Origin: Octopus sinensis
Lineage: Eukaryota
Length of the DNA stretch: 64,000 nt
NCBI RefSeq assembly: GCF_006345805.1
Contig: NC_042998.1
Location: 128,340,001 to 128,404,000 of the forward strand
Reading direction: 5' to 3'
Both the position numbers and the translations under genes were made by a program. Below are positions 14,610 through 26,049 of the stretch, one piece after another. Below the pieces are notes generated by a model. That model saw only the letters and a program-made list of their open reading frames with translations, was not told the DNA's origin and did not search any database. Each line of letters starts with the position of its first letter. Position 1 is the first letter of the stretch.

Positions 14610-14639
<30 letters not shown>

Positions 14640-14645
<6 letters not shown>

Positions 14646-15870
14646 TTATCTAGTTTCTGCTCAAGAGCTGTGGTCATGCTGGGGTACCGCCATTTGGCGT
14701 TGCTACATAATTTTACTTCACGAATACTTTTTACGAATTGATGTTTGGTGCATGAGTTTGATGCAGCTGCCCTCATCTGCACCTCCTGCCGCGAAGTTGT
14801 TTCACCTAGGACACTGACAGTAAGAGGTCCAATTTTATTTTGAAGACACCTACATCCACCCCATGCAGGTCTCTCGGGCCCTTCGGGAGGATATTGAAGA
14901 GTTGTGGACCTCTGAAGCCCAGGCTATTGCAGTATCTTGTCCTACGTCATGATGGCAAATTTGGAGTCCTTAGCACTATGCAGTGGGCCCAATTCTAGTA
15001 TGTGTAACTCTCGATGCCAAAGTTTGAGACAAATCCTTCCAGGATCTTCCAAATGAATATTATGGCATATCTTTCCCGCGTACGCTCTAAGGAATAGACT
15101 CTTAATCTCTTGAGTTTTTCCCAATAGCTTATATGCTGCATAGAGGCTATCTTCTTCGTGTAGCTTCGCTGGATTGCTTCAAGTTCTGAGATTAATTCGA
15201 CACTGGTTGGTGACCATAGCTGAGAGCAATAGTCAAAGTGGCTTAGGACAAGTGTCCGCCAAAGGACCATCATGGTTTCCTGATCTCTTGTTATAAAAGT
15301 TCTAAGAATCTATCCGGTCAGCCGCCTGCATTTCATTGCCAATTTAGCAACATGCACACAAAAGGTTGCATCATTACTCATATAAATGCCCAGGTCTCGC
15401 ACTGACTGTGCCTCTGAGATTGCAATCCCTCCAGGTCCAGTGTATTTAATGGGTATTGCATTTAGTTTTGCATGCTGATAGCATAAAGCTTGAAACTTTT
15501 CAGCATTGAACTGCATGCTATTCTTTTCATCCCACTTGTATATTTCATCCAGCTCACATTGCAGGTGCATAGTATCTTCAGAGTTCTGTATTACCTGTGA
15601 GACTTTTGTATCATTTTCATAACTTGTGATCGTGGCTATCTGCGTGGCTGAGAGCATGTCTGGGAGGGCCATTATGAGCAGTAGTGGTCCCAAACAGTGC
15701 CTTGTAGAACACTATTTGCGTGTCATTGCGGGTCATTGCGGAACGCTATTTGCGTGTCATTGGAGGTGGCCCCATTGGCTACTACCATCTGACTTCTAGC
15801 CTTCAGGAAGTCATGAATCCATTCTCCCGGTTTTCCAGCTATGCCGAGATCATGCAGTTTGTGACATATC
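14640..15870 (-). mobile_element. Degenerate CR1/L2-group LINE, RT C-terminal half and 3' end
   Basis: GPLLLI..SYENDTKV (decayed YADD), MQFNAEKF, VRDLGI, LVLSHFDYCSQLWSP, LEAIQRSYTK, YWEKLKRLRVYSLERTRER. Confidence 0.85.
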
Positions 15871-16640
15871 ATTCCATGATCGACTTGTTCTTACCTTTTG
15901 AGGGGGTGTAGTTACTCCTATTTCGGACCAACGATTCGTTCTCGTTGTATTTGTCGTATAGCTCCTCAGCAAGTCGTAATTTTCTACAGAATTCTGTGAT
16001 GTCTTCTTCATTTCATTGTAGTTGGGGTGTTGTGGGGTGGGTGTAAACTTGAGTCCTTTGGAGAGTATATTGATTTGGTTCGCTGTTAGTTCATTGTGAG
16101 TTAGATTGGTAATTTTTATAACTTTTGGTTCCTCCTGCCTGTTTGGTGCTATCTTGTGTCTCTGTGTTTGTGTATTAGGTCTAAAAAATTATTGCGGTGG
16201 TTGGGACGGTAGCTATCATGTAGTTGTTCCTTGTTGTTGCGGGGTGCCCTGCTTTGATTTATGGTGTGGGTTCTTGGAACAGTATTAAAAAGTGTGTCCC
16301 GATATCCCATATTCGGGTGTGACGTTTTAGGGGGCCGTCGTTGGTAATTATTGCGTGTGGTGCGGGTTTGTTGAGCATGGTTGTTTAGTAGGTTGTTGGA
16401 ACGAAAATTCCGTTGGTATCTCCTTATGGGGCTGATGTATGTATGTAGCAGTGAGAAAGAAGTGGAGAGAGAGAGAAAGAGAGCTTACAACTACTTGGTT
16501 TCGGATTTCACCTTCACCTCTGCGCCACTTTGGGTAGGCGTTTTCTATAATGACCTCGAGTTTAACAGTTCAATGAGTGAACATTGACTGACGAAAACTG
16601 TACACAAATTCTATCGTTTGTGTGTGTGTGTGTGTGTGTG

Positions 16641-16686
<46 letters not shown>

Positions 16687-17334
16687 CTATAAATAACATA
16701 TAAATACGCACATATGAAACGTACGTAGTATGTATAAATGCAGATTATCAAGGGACCCATTTTAACTAAAATACAAAACTCCAAGTTTAGAAACCGAGCA
16801 CAGTACAGTGTCATTTACACGATTTTAGAAAGATGGATATTTATTCCCGTTCTACTCGCAGTTTATATCTGAATTCGTTAGACTATCTGATTTGTTAGAT
16901 GGCCTGTCTTTTATTGCCTCAAAGCTATGACTATTCATGATTATTACTAAACACTTAGTAACATAACCAAGTGTAAATCCATAATCTGGGTAGACATATT
17001 ATAGATTTCGAAGCAGTAGCCATGAAAGTTCGCTTCATCATTGATTTTAAATAAAATTCTCACATCTACTTATTGACTTTAACAACAGAGTATCGTTTGT
17101 TTTCACTCTCAAACAATTATATCACATTTGTCGTGTTTGCTTTTGCTGGAAGTTTTTATTGAAGTGTATAAATGTACTCAACTTCAGAAATATTTTTTTA
17201 TATTTATCCAAGGCCATATTTCTTGAGGATGGCAATATATATTGTTTTCGTAACGTCATGCTGTCTTGATAGCATTTGGAAGATACACTGAGGATAACTT
17301 GTGTAATTTCTTCCACAAATCTGTAAAATCTTTT

Positions 17335-17755
17335 CTATTCTAGGCACAAGGCCCGAAATTTTTGGTGAGGGGCCCTGTCGATTAGATTGACCCACAGTAC
17401 GCAACTGGTACTTAATTTATCGACCACGAAAGGAAAGGAAAAGTCGACCTCGGCGGAATGTGAACTCAGAACGTAAAGACAGACGAAATACCGCTAAGCA
17501 TTTCGCCCGGCGTACTAACGTTTCTTATTTCTTTACTGCCCACAAGGAGCTACACACAGAGGGGACAAACAAGGACAGTCAAACGGATTAAGTCGATTAT
17601 ATCGACCCCAGTGCGTAACTGGTACTTATTTTATCGACCCCGAAAGGATGAAAGCAAGGTCGACCTCGGCGGAATTTGAACTCAGAACGTAACGGCAGAC
17701 GAAACACGGCTAAGCATTTCGCCCAGCGTGCTAACGTTTCTGCCATCTCGCCGTC
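17335..17755 (-). mobile_element. tRNA-derived SINE dimer (2400 family)
   Basis: Reverse complement of the same head and core. Confidence 0.85.
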
Positions 17756-18828
17756 TTACAAATCTGTAATAATAACCGAAATTTTCTGTTGCACTTTGAT
17801 TGTTTCATGGCTTTGCCGTCTCTTTTGTGCAGAAGATTTTTTTTTACGATTTTGTCCCAAACAAGAGTTGCGGCCACTGTAACGTAAGACAAATAAAAAA
17901 AAAAGAAGGATGGAGCACTACATATTCAAAAAATGACAAAGAAGCTTAAAGAACTGAATATCATAGACCAGAGGAAAACAAGTCGGTGGTAAATGTCCCA
18001 GAGAGAAAGTAGTTTGAGAAAAGAATCTATTTCGTAGGTTTCCCTTGCTTTTGGTTTGCAAAACAAAACGTTGAAATGTAACGTACTTTTGTGATCTCAA
18101 GGTTGAGAGAAGTTATATTCCATGTCAATATTGGTATAGTTCTCAAGTTTTCTCTTTCTCTAGTTTTGTCAAACCTAAATGATCTTTGTCATCCATCAGG
18201 GTGGTTTACATTGCGTAATTTCATTATCACGTGCGCTAGACGATGCTTCAGAGTTGTAGCAGCTGTCAACGAAATGCATGGATTGTACAATATTAATATT
18301 GCATAACCTATGCATATTTGTTCTCCAGCTTCGGTCTAAAACAGTTTGAGTTATATATAATCTGCAGTCATCTTTATCGGATTATTTATTTACGAAGTTA
18401 TTTACTCTTCTACATGTTTCAGCCAAAAGGCTGTGGCCATGCCGGAGCACTGAGTTGAAGAATAGTTATAGTGGTGATAGTATGATGATGCAAGCAGTTT
18501 GCGTTTTGATAGGCTTTACCATGCTAACTTTTGGGGAGTTCTTTTTTAATCAATTGACATTACAAAATGTGGTGTAATAGTCGCTATTTGTATAGATCAT
18601 TTGTCAGATAGCGGTAGATAATAATGCAGAATCTTTCGCTATAATTTCGGTGGGTTCGTTCCAGCAGTTGCTTAATCGCATCATATTCGCCGATAGACTT
18701 TTCTCGGACTAAGCTTCAAAATACATGTTGATTTAAATGGAAAGAAATGCCTTGATTTATAAATTGTGTTTCGTTGTTTTAGTGCTTGATTTTTTTAAAA
18801 TCTTTCTTTTATTTTTATTGTTTTTAAG

Positions 18829-19096
18829 CAATCGTCTTGTAAGCTGCGACTCTTTACCCAAATTCGATCTGAGTGCTTGGGGTCAATGTGAACCAGGAAG
18901 ATGGGGAAACTGGAGCCCGTGGAGTGCTTGCGTACGTGGCCGCCAGAGATCTCAACGTCAGTGCAACAGCGCCCCGCCACCAAAAGGATGCGGATGTGAG
19001 GGGTCAAATACTCGTTTCCAGAGATGTTCTGGTCGAAGATGCAGAAGATTAGTGCGTTTCAACAACCGAAGTTTCTGGGTATGGGGAAGATGTTAA
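18829..19096 (+). CDS. Heme peroxidase terminal coding exon: end of peroxidase domain, TSP1 repeat and cationic tail
   Basis: Long pyrimidine tract plus aag| in phase 2. Translates NRLVSCDSLPKFDLSAW (typical peroxidase end), then CEPGRWGNWSPWSACVRGRQRSQRQCNSAPPPKGCGCEG...RC, stop TAA. AATAAA at 19476. Confidence 0.9.
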
Positions 19097-19484
19097 ACAA
19101 CGAAACCTTCTGAATTCTATCACTTTTCTGTTTTGTTTTTGTTTTGTTTTTTATTATTTCCTGTTACCTAATTCTTCAACTTATAATTATTCGGACTGTG
19201 AATTAGTAAAATCGGTAGAGCGATGAACAAAAAGCTTTCTGGTATTTAGTCACTTAATTATATTTTCCAAGTCAAATCCCATCGAATCTGACAATACCTT
19301 CCATCTTTACGAGGGCGATGAAATCCCTACAACTACTCAAGTACTATGGTCGATTTCATCGGCTGAGCTCTCCTTCATAATATATGACTTCGCGTTAATT
19401 TCAGAAATTACTATTAAAAGATTATTACTATTATAGAATATCATTCTTTTTACTCATGTACGCTTCCCAATGGTCAATAAAAGA

Positions 19485-19775
<291 letters not shown>

Positions 19776-20806
19776 TTATTTATTTATTCATTTTATCATT
19801 ATTCATTTATGCTTCATTTTTCTCACTATTGCATTCAGTTCCACTTGATATCTTCTTCCCAGGCACCATTGAAGTGGAGGTAAGTCCAACAGCGACGGCA
19901 ATCAACAATTGTATAAAACAAATATGTAAATTTTAAAATCGCAGGTACCAGGAAAGAACTGTTTTGTAGCGGATAAAAATTGTTGTCTTGTTACTATGGA
20001 TGTAAGAATGAAAAACAGAAAATGAAAGGGTGAAAGAGAGATGTGGAAGGAAGTACTGTATGATTACAGTTACTTGATAGTTAACCAAATTCATGGGTAC
20101 TTCATCTTCTGCACCTCTAACTTCAGTCTTAAAAAGTCCACACTCTACTCTCTCTCTCTCTATCTCTCTCGCTCACAGAGATATGCGCGCGCTCACAAGC
20201 ACACACACACAAACACACGCGCGCTCTATTGTGTTGACATACAACATATGTAGCTATAGACATTACTATAACGCTGACACTATTCTTGTTAGTGCTACAT
20301 GGGTATTCAAAAGATGATAGTGGTGGTGGTGGTGGTGGTGGTGGCGAAGTTGTATTGGTTTGGTGTTGTGATGGTGATGGAGATGGTGGTGTTTATCATA
20401 TTGTTCTTATTGATAGAATTATCAACTCTCATTGACCTCAGATCAGGTGTTTCGTCCGACGTTTGAAATATACTAGGGTAAAACTTCATCTCATGTGATA
20501 GTCTTTATTTTAGATGGAGTTACTTACCTTGATCATACACTAGTTGCTGAAGGTCATTAAGGGAGTCGGCGTGTTTTTAATGGTGGTGGTTGAATTGGTT
20601 TTGATGTTGATGATGGTTGTTGCGTTAGTGTGGATGACAGATAGTGGGTTGATGATGGTGATAAAGGTTGTTTTGTGGATAGACAGAGGGACGGACTGAC
20701 GGACAGATAAGCAGACAGACAGACAGACAGACAGAGAAACAGACAGACAGACAGACAGACAGACAGATAGACCGACAGATAGGTAGATAGATAGATAGAT
20801 AGATAT

Positions 20807-20916
<110 letters not shown>

Positions 20917-20985
20917 GAGACTGAACCGAAAGTACGTAGCTGCAAAGCCGGCTTCTCAACCACACAGCTACAACTATGCCTGCGT

Positions 20986-21017
<32 letters not shown>

Positions 21018-21157
21018 AATTCTTTTGACTAATGGGTATATGTCAATTAATGTGATGAGCAAAGCACATTCACAGTTTGGGCTACCTGATGTCATCCATT
21101 GTTGGGATATCTTTCCCCTGGATCTACGTCGGGAATTTCGCAGTATTTACTGAGATA

Positions 21158-21432
21158 ATAATTGATGAAGGAAACGGAAAATAGATTTACCACTAGTCTT
21201 TATTCAGTACAACAATCGTTTTGACCCATCCTGAAACTGCCTGTTTGGGGTAAGAATTCGTGCATCTAATAGGCACAAGCATAAAGAAGGAGATGTCTCA
21301 CTAGATATGTTGTGTTGTCCTAGGCATATTGTTGCTCCCCACTATATTTTGGTTATGACCGATCAACGGGGCTAGCTACAGTTGTCCGTGAGTATATAAC
21401 ATAAAATTAAAATCACATAATCATAAAATATA
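21158..21432. repeat. ~270-bp dispersed repeat with an inverted copy at 25371-25643
   Basis: For example, GGGGTAAGAATTCGTGCATCTAATAGG here matches CCTATTAGATGCACGAATTCTTACCCC at about 25530. Confidence 0.9.
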
Positions 21433-21564
21433 GAGAGTAGAACCTATCAAAGAAAGATTACATTTAGGTTAACGGCGAGAGGTGTGCACTCTCTGTCATG
21501 AACACACACTCACGCAAGCGTACATACACACACACACACACACATACGCTGTCAATTAAAATCA

Positions 21565-21753
21565 AACAAGTTGCGGCAGAAAGGTTGCCTCGATTTCAAA
21601 GGTTAATAAAAAGCAAACACATTAGAAGCCACTGCTTTTTCTGTGTCAGATAGTACCCATCATGAAAGCATCGTTTGTTTTTTCTTGTATCTTCATGTGT
21701 TTGCATTTTATCAACCTTTTGAAATCAGAGCAACCTTTCTGCCGCACCCTGTA
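21565..21753. mobile_element. Tc1/mariner-type MITE
   Basis: ~55-bp TIRs TGCGGCAGAAAGGTTGC..GATTTCAAA / TTTGAAATC..GCAACCTTTCTGCCGCA, with right end CACCCTG|TA. Confidence 0.7.
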
Positions 21754-21885
21754 GAATGGTAGAAGAAAAGGAGTAAACCTATCAAAGAAAGATTATATTA
21801 AGATTAAGAAGTAGAAGTCTACGCTCATGGGACACGAACACATATACAGGCGTACAGACACACACTTGTGTTACCAGTGATATGC

Positions 21886-21916
<31 letters not shown>

Positions 21917-21920
21917 ATTA

Positions 21921-21958
<38 letters not shown>

Positions 21959-21999
21959 GAAAGAATGGAGTCGAACGACGATTTAACAAAATTCCTTTA

Positions 22000-22083
22000 T
22001 TCTCGACATATGTTTCGAAGACTGCATATTCTCAATTTCCGAAGGAATAAAGGGTGCATTATGCCGCCCTCTCATCAGGAAAA
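22000..22083 (-). ncRNA. Minimal type I hammerhead ribozyme with canonical core
   Basis: Minus strand: TTTTC-CTGATGA-GAGGGC...GTCTTC-GAAAC-ATAT-GTC-GAGAA, overlapping an AATAAA. Stem III is the palindrome ACATATGT. It lies in a ~350-bp insert flanked by (TA)n. Confidence 0.85.
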
Positions 22084-22310
22084 ACAAGGAACTTATGTCA
22101 GCATCATGACGAACAAAAACTTTTAGATGACTGCCCAAACGGAGTCCATTTATTTATAGTAAAAAAACACACAAATTTCCACACGAAAGCACGTGATTTC
22201 TGCCCTTGGCATGTAGCTTCAACCGTGATTTCTGACGTAAATTTACTACCCGGGTATCGGTTAACCGAATTATCCATACTAGGATAATTCATTCAACATT
22301 CAACTACTTA

Positions 22311-22372
<62 letters not shown>

Positions 22373-22443
22373 GTAGGTCCCGGGTTGAGTCGGGGTTAAC
22401 CACAGTAAATAAGGTACTCAATACATAGCAGAGTAAATTAATT

Positions 22444-22568
22444 TATTTTATAGAAGGAGCTTCTACAGGACTAGAACTGTTTCATTCAAAAGAAATCATC
22501 AGGAAGCTCCTGATGATTTCTTTTGAATGAAACAGTTCTAGTCCTATAGAAGCTCCTTCTATAAAATA
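22444..22568. repeat. Near-perfect 61-bp-arm palindrome containing back-to-back hammerhead-like cores
   Basis: Arms 22444-22504 and 22508-22568, one mismatch, 3-nt spacer. Each arm reads CTGATGA-TTTCTTTTGAAT-GAAAC outward. Confidence 0.9.
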
Positions 22569-22774
22569 TATATTATATATATATATTATATATATATATA
22601 TGTATGTATGTATGTATTCATTAGAAGTTTTTATGCAATATGTACAGTGATTGTTGTATGTTTATATAAGTAACCTTCAGAATAAGTCTGTACATCACTG
22701 AAGCATGGTAACATGAAAGTATAGATGTACGTAGGTACATATATACACACTCGTTGATGGGTGTGCATGCTGAG

Positions 22775-23700
22775 CATTGAATACATGGATACATTACATG
22801 GAAAAATGCAAGCAAGAGAAATAATATTCTTAAGATTATAAACCTGGAAATTTACCGGACAAGTTATTATACACTTGGAAAAGTTCAGAATAACTTATTA
22901 CATCTAGTAAAGTACGGAACAAGAAAATTTATACTTAAAATATTGCAGCTAAGGATAAAATTCTAAATAAAATATTTAGATTTAGAAAATATTAGATTTT
23001 ATTAAAACAAAAAAATTTATTACAAGTTATTTCTTCTATTTGTTATTACTTGTTGCTTCTAATAAAAATTAAAAATAACTCAAAACATTTTTTGCACTTT
23101 AAAAAATTCATTTTTTTAATTATCAATTAATAATTAGAAATTCGAGAATAGGTTATAATAAATAATACTAGTACATAATTAGTACAATAAATTGAATAAT
23201 ACAAAAATTAGTTATATATTACAGTAAAATCTACCTATAACAATAAGTTCACAGTAAAATTTGCTTGAGTTATTGCCTAAGTTATTGCCAAGTATTCACA
23301 TTTTTAGTCTTGACCCAATGACTATTTTTGACATAATGAATTTGCCTACCATATATACTATTCTACTTTGCATTAAAAAATTTCTATTTGGTAGTTCTGG
23401 CCCTCAATTTTTAAGTATTCTAGTGTGTCAATATTTTAACAAAATGATGATACCTTTTTAAAATTATAATGTTACTTTGTAAATTAAAATCAAATAATTT
23501 TTATTATTCAAATTTTATCCTTAGCTGCATTATTTTGAGTAAAAATTTTCTTGCTCTGTACTTTACCAGATGTAATAAGTTGTCCTCAATTTTTCCAAGT
23601 GTAATAACTTGTCCTGTAATTTTCCAGATTTATAATTTTAAGAATATTATTTCTCTTGCTCGCATTTTCCCATGTAATCCATGTTTATTCCAGGCTATAC
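22775..23700. mobile_element. AT-rich fold-back/MITE-like element with ~200-bp imperfect TIRs
   Basis: About 22775-22980 is inverted relative to about 23490-23700, e.g. GCAAGAGAAATAATATTCTTAA / TTAAGAATATTATTTCTCTTGC and TGCAGCTAAGGATAAAATT / AATTTTATCCTTAGCTGCA. Confidence 0.75.
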
Positions 23701-25149
23701 TGTTATGCTAATTAACAATGTGTCAATTAGCGGTATTGTTGATAATGTTTTTCCTTACTTCAATGACTCTGGTGACATATATTAAAAGTACCCTTTTAGA
23801 ACTATATTCATAAAAAAGTATAGAACTATATTATCACCTTCAAATTTGAGAAACAAACACTCAAAGTTTTTCTATTAAAACTTCATTACATGCGATTGAT
23901 ACTAATTTCTCGAATTGAGCTCTGTCATTTACGCTTAATTTAAAATATAGTTTGTTTTTAAAATAAAAAGTTAATTATACTTAAATCCAGTTTTTTGCTT
24001 TACTTATATTTTTTTAATGATATTTTACCTCACAGCGTTTTTTATACAAATTTTTGTTGCATAGGATCAAAACTATGAAATTCTTCATGCTTTCTTCTAT
24101 CATTGATGCTAAGATAAATACATTCTGCTTTTAAAATAAAAAAGTTATTTAGATCTAAACTTGATTGGCTGCGTTACTTACTCTCCTGTGACAATTCATA
24201 TATTTTTGCTGTTGATGAAATTTTAACCATACATATTAGACACAAATGAAGTAATATTTATAAAATTTCACCTTCTTACAAGTTAGAAAGATCCCTTCAT
24301 GGGGACTTAACACCCACAATTTTGTCATTTTATCTAGGCAAAGACGAATACAGTTGTACTCTTGCAAGCTGTAGGGTTACCCGAGCATAAAAGATGAGCA
24401 TTATTTCTAATTCAATAGTACAACAGTATAAAAGTTTGCTTTCAGATACACTTACATTGTGATTCCTACAATGTGGTGCATAAATTGTCAAGTGAATGAG
24501 AGGCATCTTTGCCTCCACTGATTCAGTTGCAAAGTGTTGAGTAAAGTTATTTGATTACAGACCTCTTTTCAGTCTTTTTATTATCACTGGGTCACACATA
24601 GTTCCCAGATGGTAACATTGATTTCAAGGCCTTCCCAGATGAGCGACTGGTTATTCAAAGACATTTATAGATTGTAAATTTATTCTGTCCAGTTACGTAT
24701 CAGTATAGTGGTCATTTGCAAACTCTAGAGGTGACATTTTCATTTCTCCTTAGCCCTCACGTCATACAGTTGCTAATGTTGATTTCAGTTGGGTCACGCC
24801 CTTCCAATTGCTATAGATTCATAATGCATCTTACGGCTGTGCCTGTCACCTGGATGGTGAGGAATCCTACATTGGGAGTGGTAACGATTAGGGTAGGGTA
24901 GCCGACTGCTTATTGTGATAATTTGTTCTTTGGTTTCCTGTAGCTTTGCTCTCTTTTACAAACCCAGTGAATATATATTTCCTATTTCAAAGAAATTCAA
25001 ACAATAGATATAAGACACAAGTTAAAAAGATTCTCAACAATTCAACTTCTCTGCTTGACATTAAGACACCCACCGCCAACATGGGGGCTTAACTCTCACA
25101 TTTAATAGCTCCATGACCATCATTTTTCAGGAGCAAAATCCTTTTAACA

Positions 25150-25371
25150 GGTTCAATAAGACTGGAATTTTGGAATATGCGCATAAAAATCAGTAGTATG
25201 GGATACATGTGGCACGATTACAATTTTTTAGGGTGTGTAAAGAGGGAAATAACCCTCATCTGCAATTTTGATGAAATTCGATAGATATTCTCGTTCATTA
25301 CAGAAAATATAACAGAAAAGTCTAATTCTTCAATTGCATGTAACATGGTCAACGCCGGGTATCTCTGCTAG
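25150..25371 (+). mobile_element. Possible Helitron 3' terminus
   Basis: ..CATGGTCAACGCCGGGTATCTCTGCTAG|T: imperfect GC-rich hairpin about 10 nt before CTAG-T. The 5' boundary is not determined. Confidence 0.5.
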
Positions 25372-25900
25372 TATTTTATAATTGTATGATTTTAATTTTA
25401 TGTGATATACTCACGGACAACTGTAGCTAGCTCCATTAATCGGTCATAACCAAAATATAGCAGGGAACAACAACATACCTAGGACAACTCAATATATCTA
25501 CTGAAACGTCCCTTTCTTTATGCTTGTACCTATTAGATGCACGAATTCTTACCCCAAACGGGCAGTTTCAGGATGGGTCAAAATGATTGTTGTACTGAAT
25601 AAAGACTAGTGCTAAATCTGTCTTCCGCTTCCTTCATCAATTAATGTGTGTGTGTGCGTGCGCACGTGTGTGTGTGTGTGCATATGTGTGTATATGAATG
25701 TATATATATATATGTATATATAATGTGTTTATAGCATATAAATATATATATGCATGTGTATATATATGTATGTTGTAATTTATATATATATATATAATAT
25801 ATACATAATATATATACCTATATATATATACATATATATAAATACATATATATATACTATATATAATACACACATATATATATAATATATATTATAATAT

Positions 25901-25935
<35 letters not shown>

Positions 25936-25969
25936 ATATATAAAATAAAAACATGATGCGAAGGATTCA

Positions 25970-26049
25970 GCGGTACATATGTTTCGGGCGGGCCTTTTAG
26001 ACAGATTTATAACAATGCATAATGTATGTCTGTGGCCTTCTTCAGCCGC
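25970..26049 (-). ncRNA. Type I hammerhead ribozyme motif in the 3' pLTR
   Basis: Minus strand: GCGG-CTGAAGA-AGGCC.ACAGA...TCTGT..AGGCCCGCCC-GAAAC-ATAT-GTA-CCGC. Confidence 0.8.

Noticed and set aside
24300-24960. Moderately GC-richer stretch with short ORFs
   Set aside because: No protein motif or splice pattern was recognised; left unannotated.
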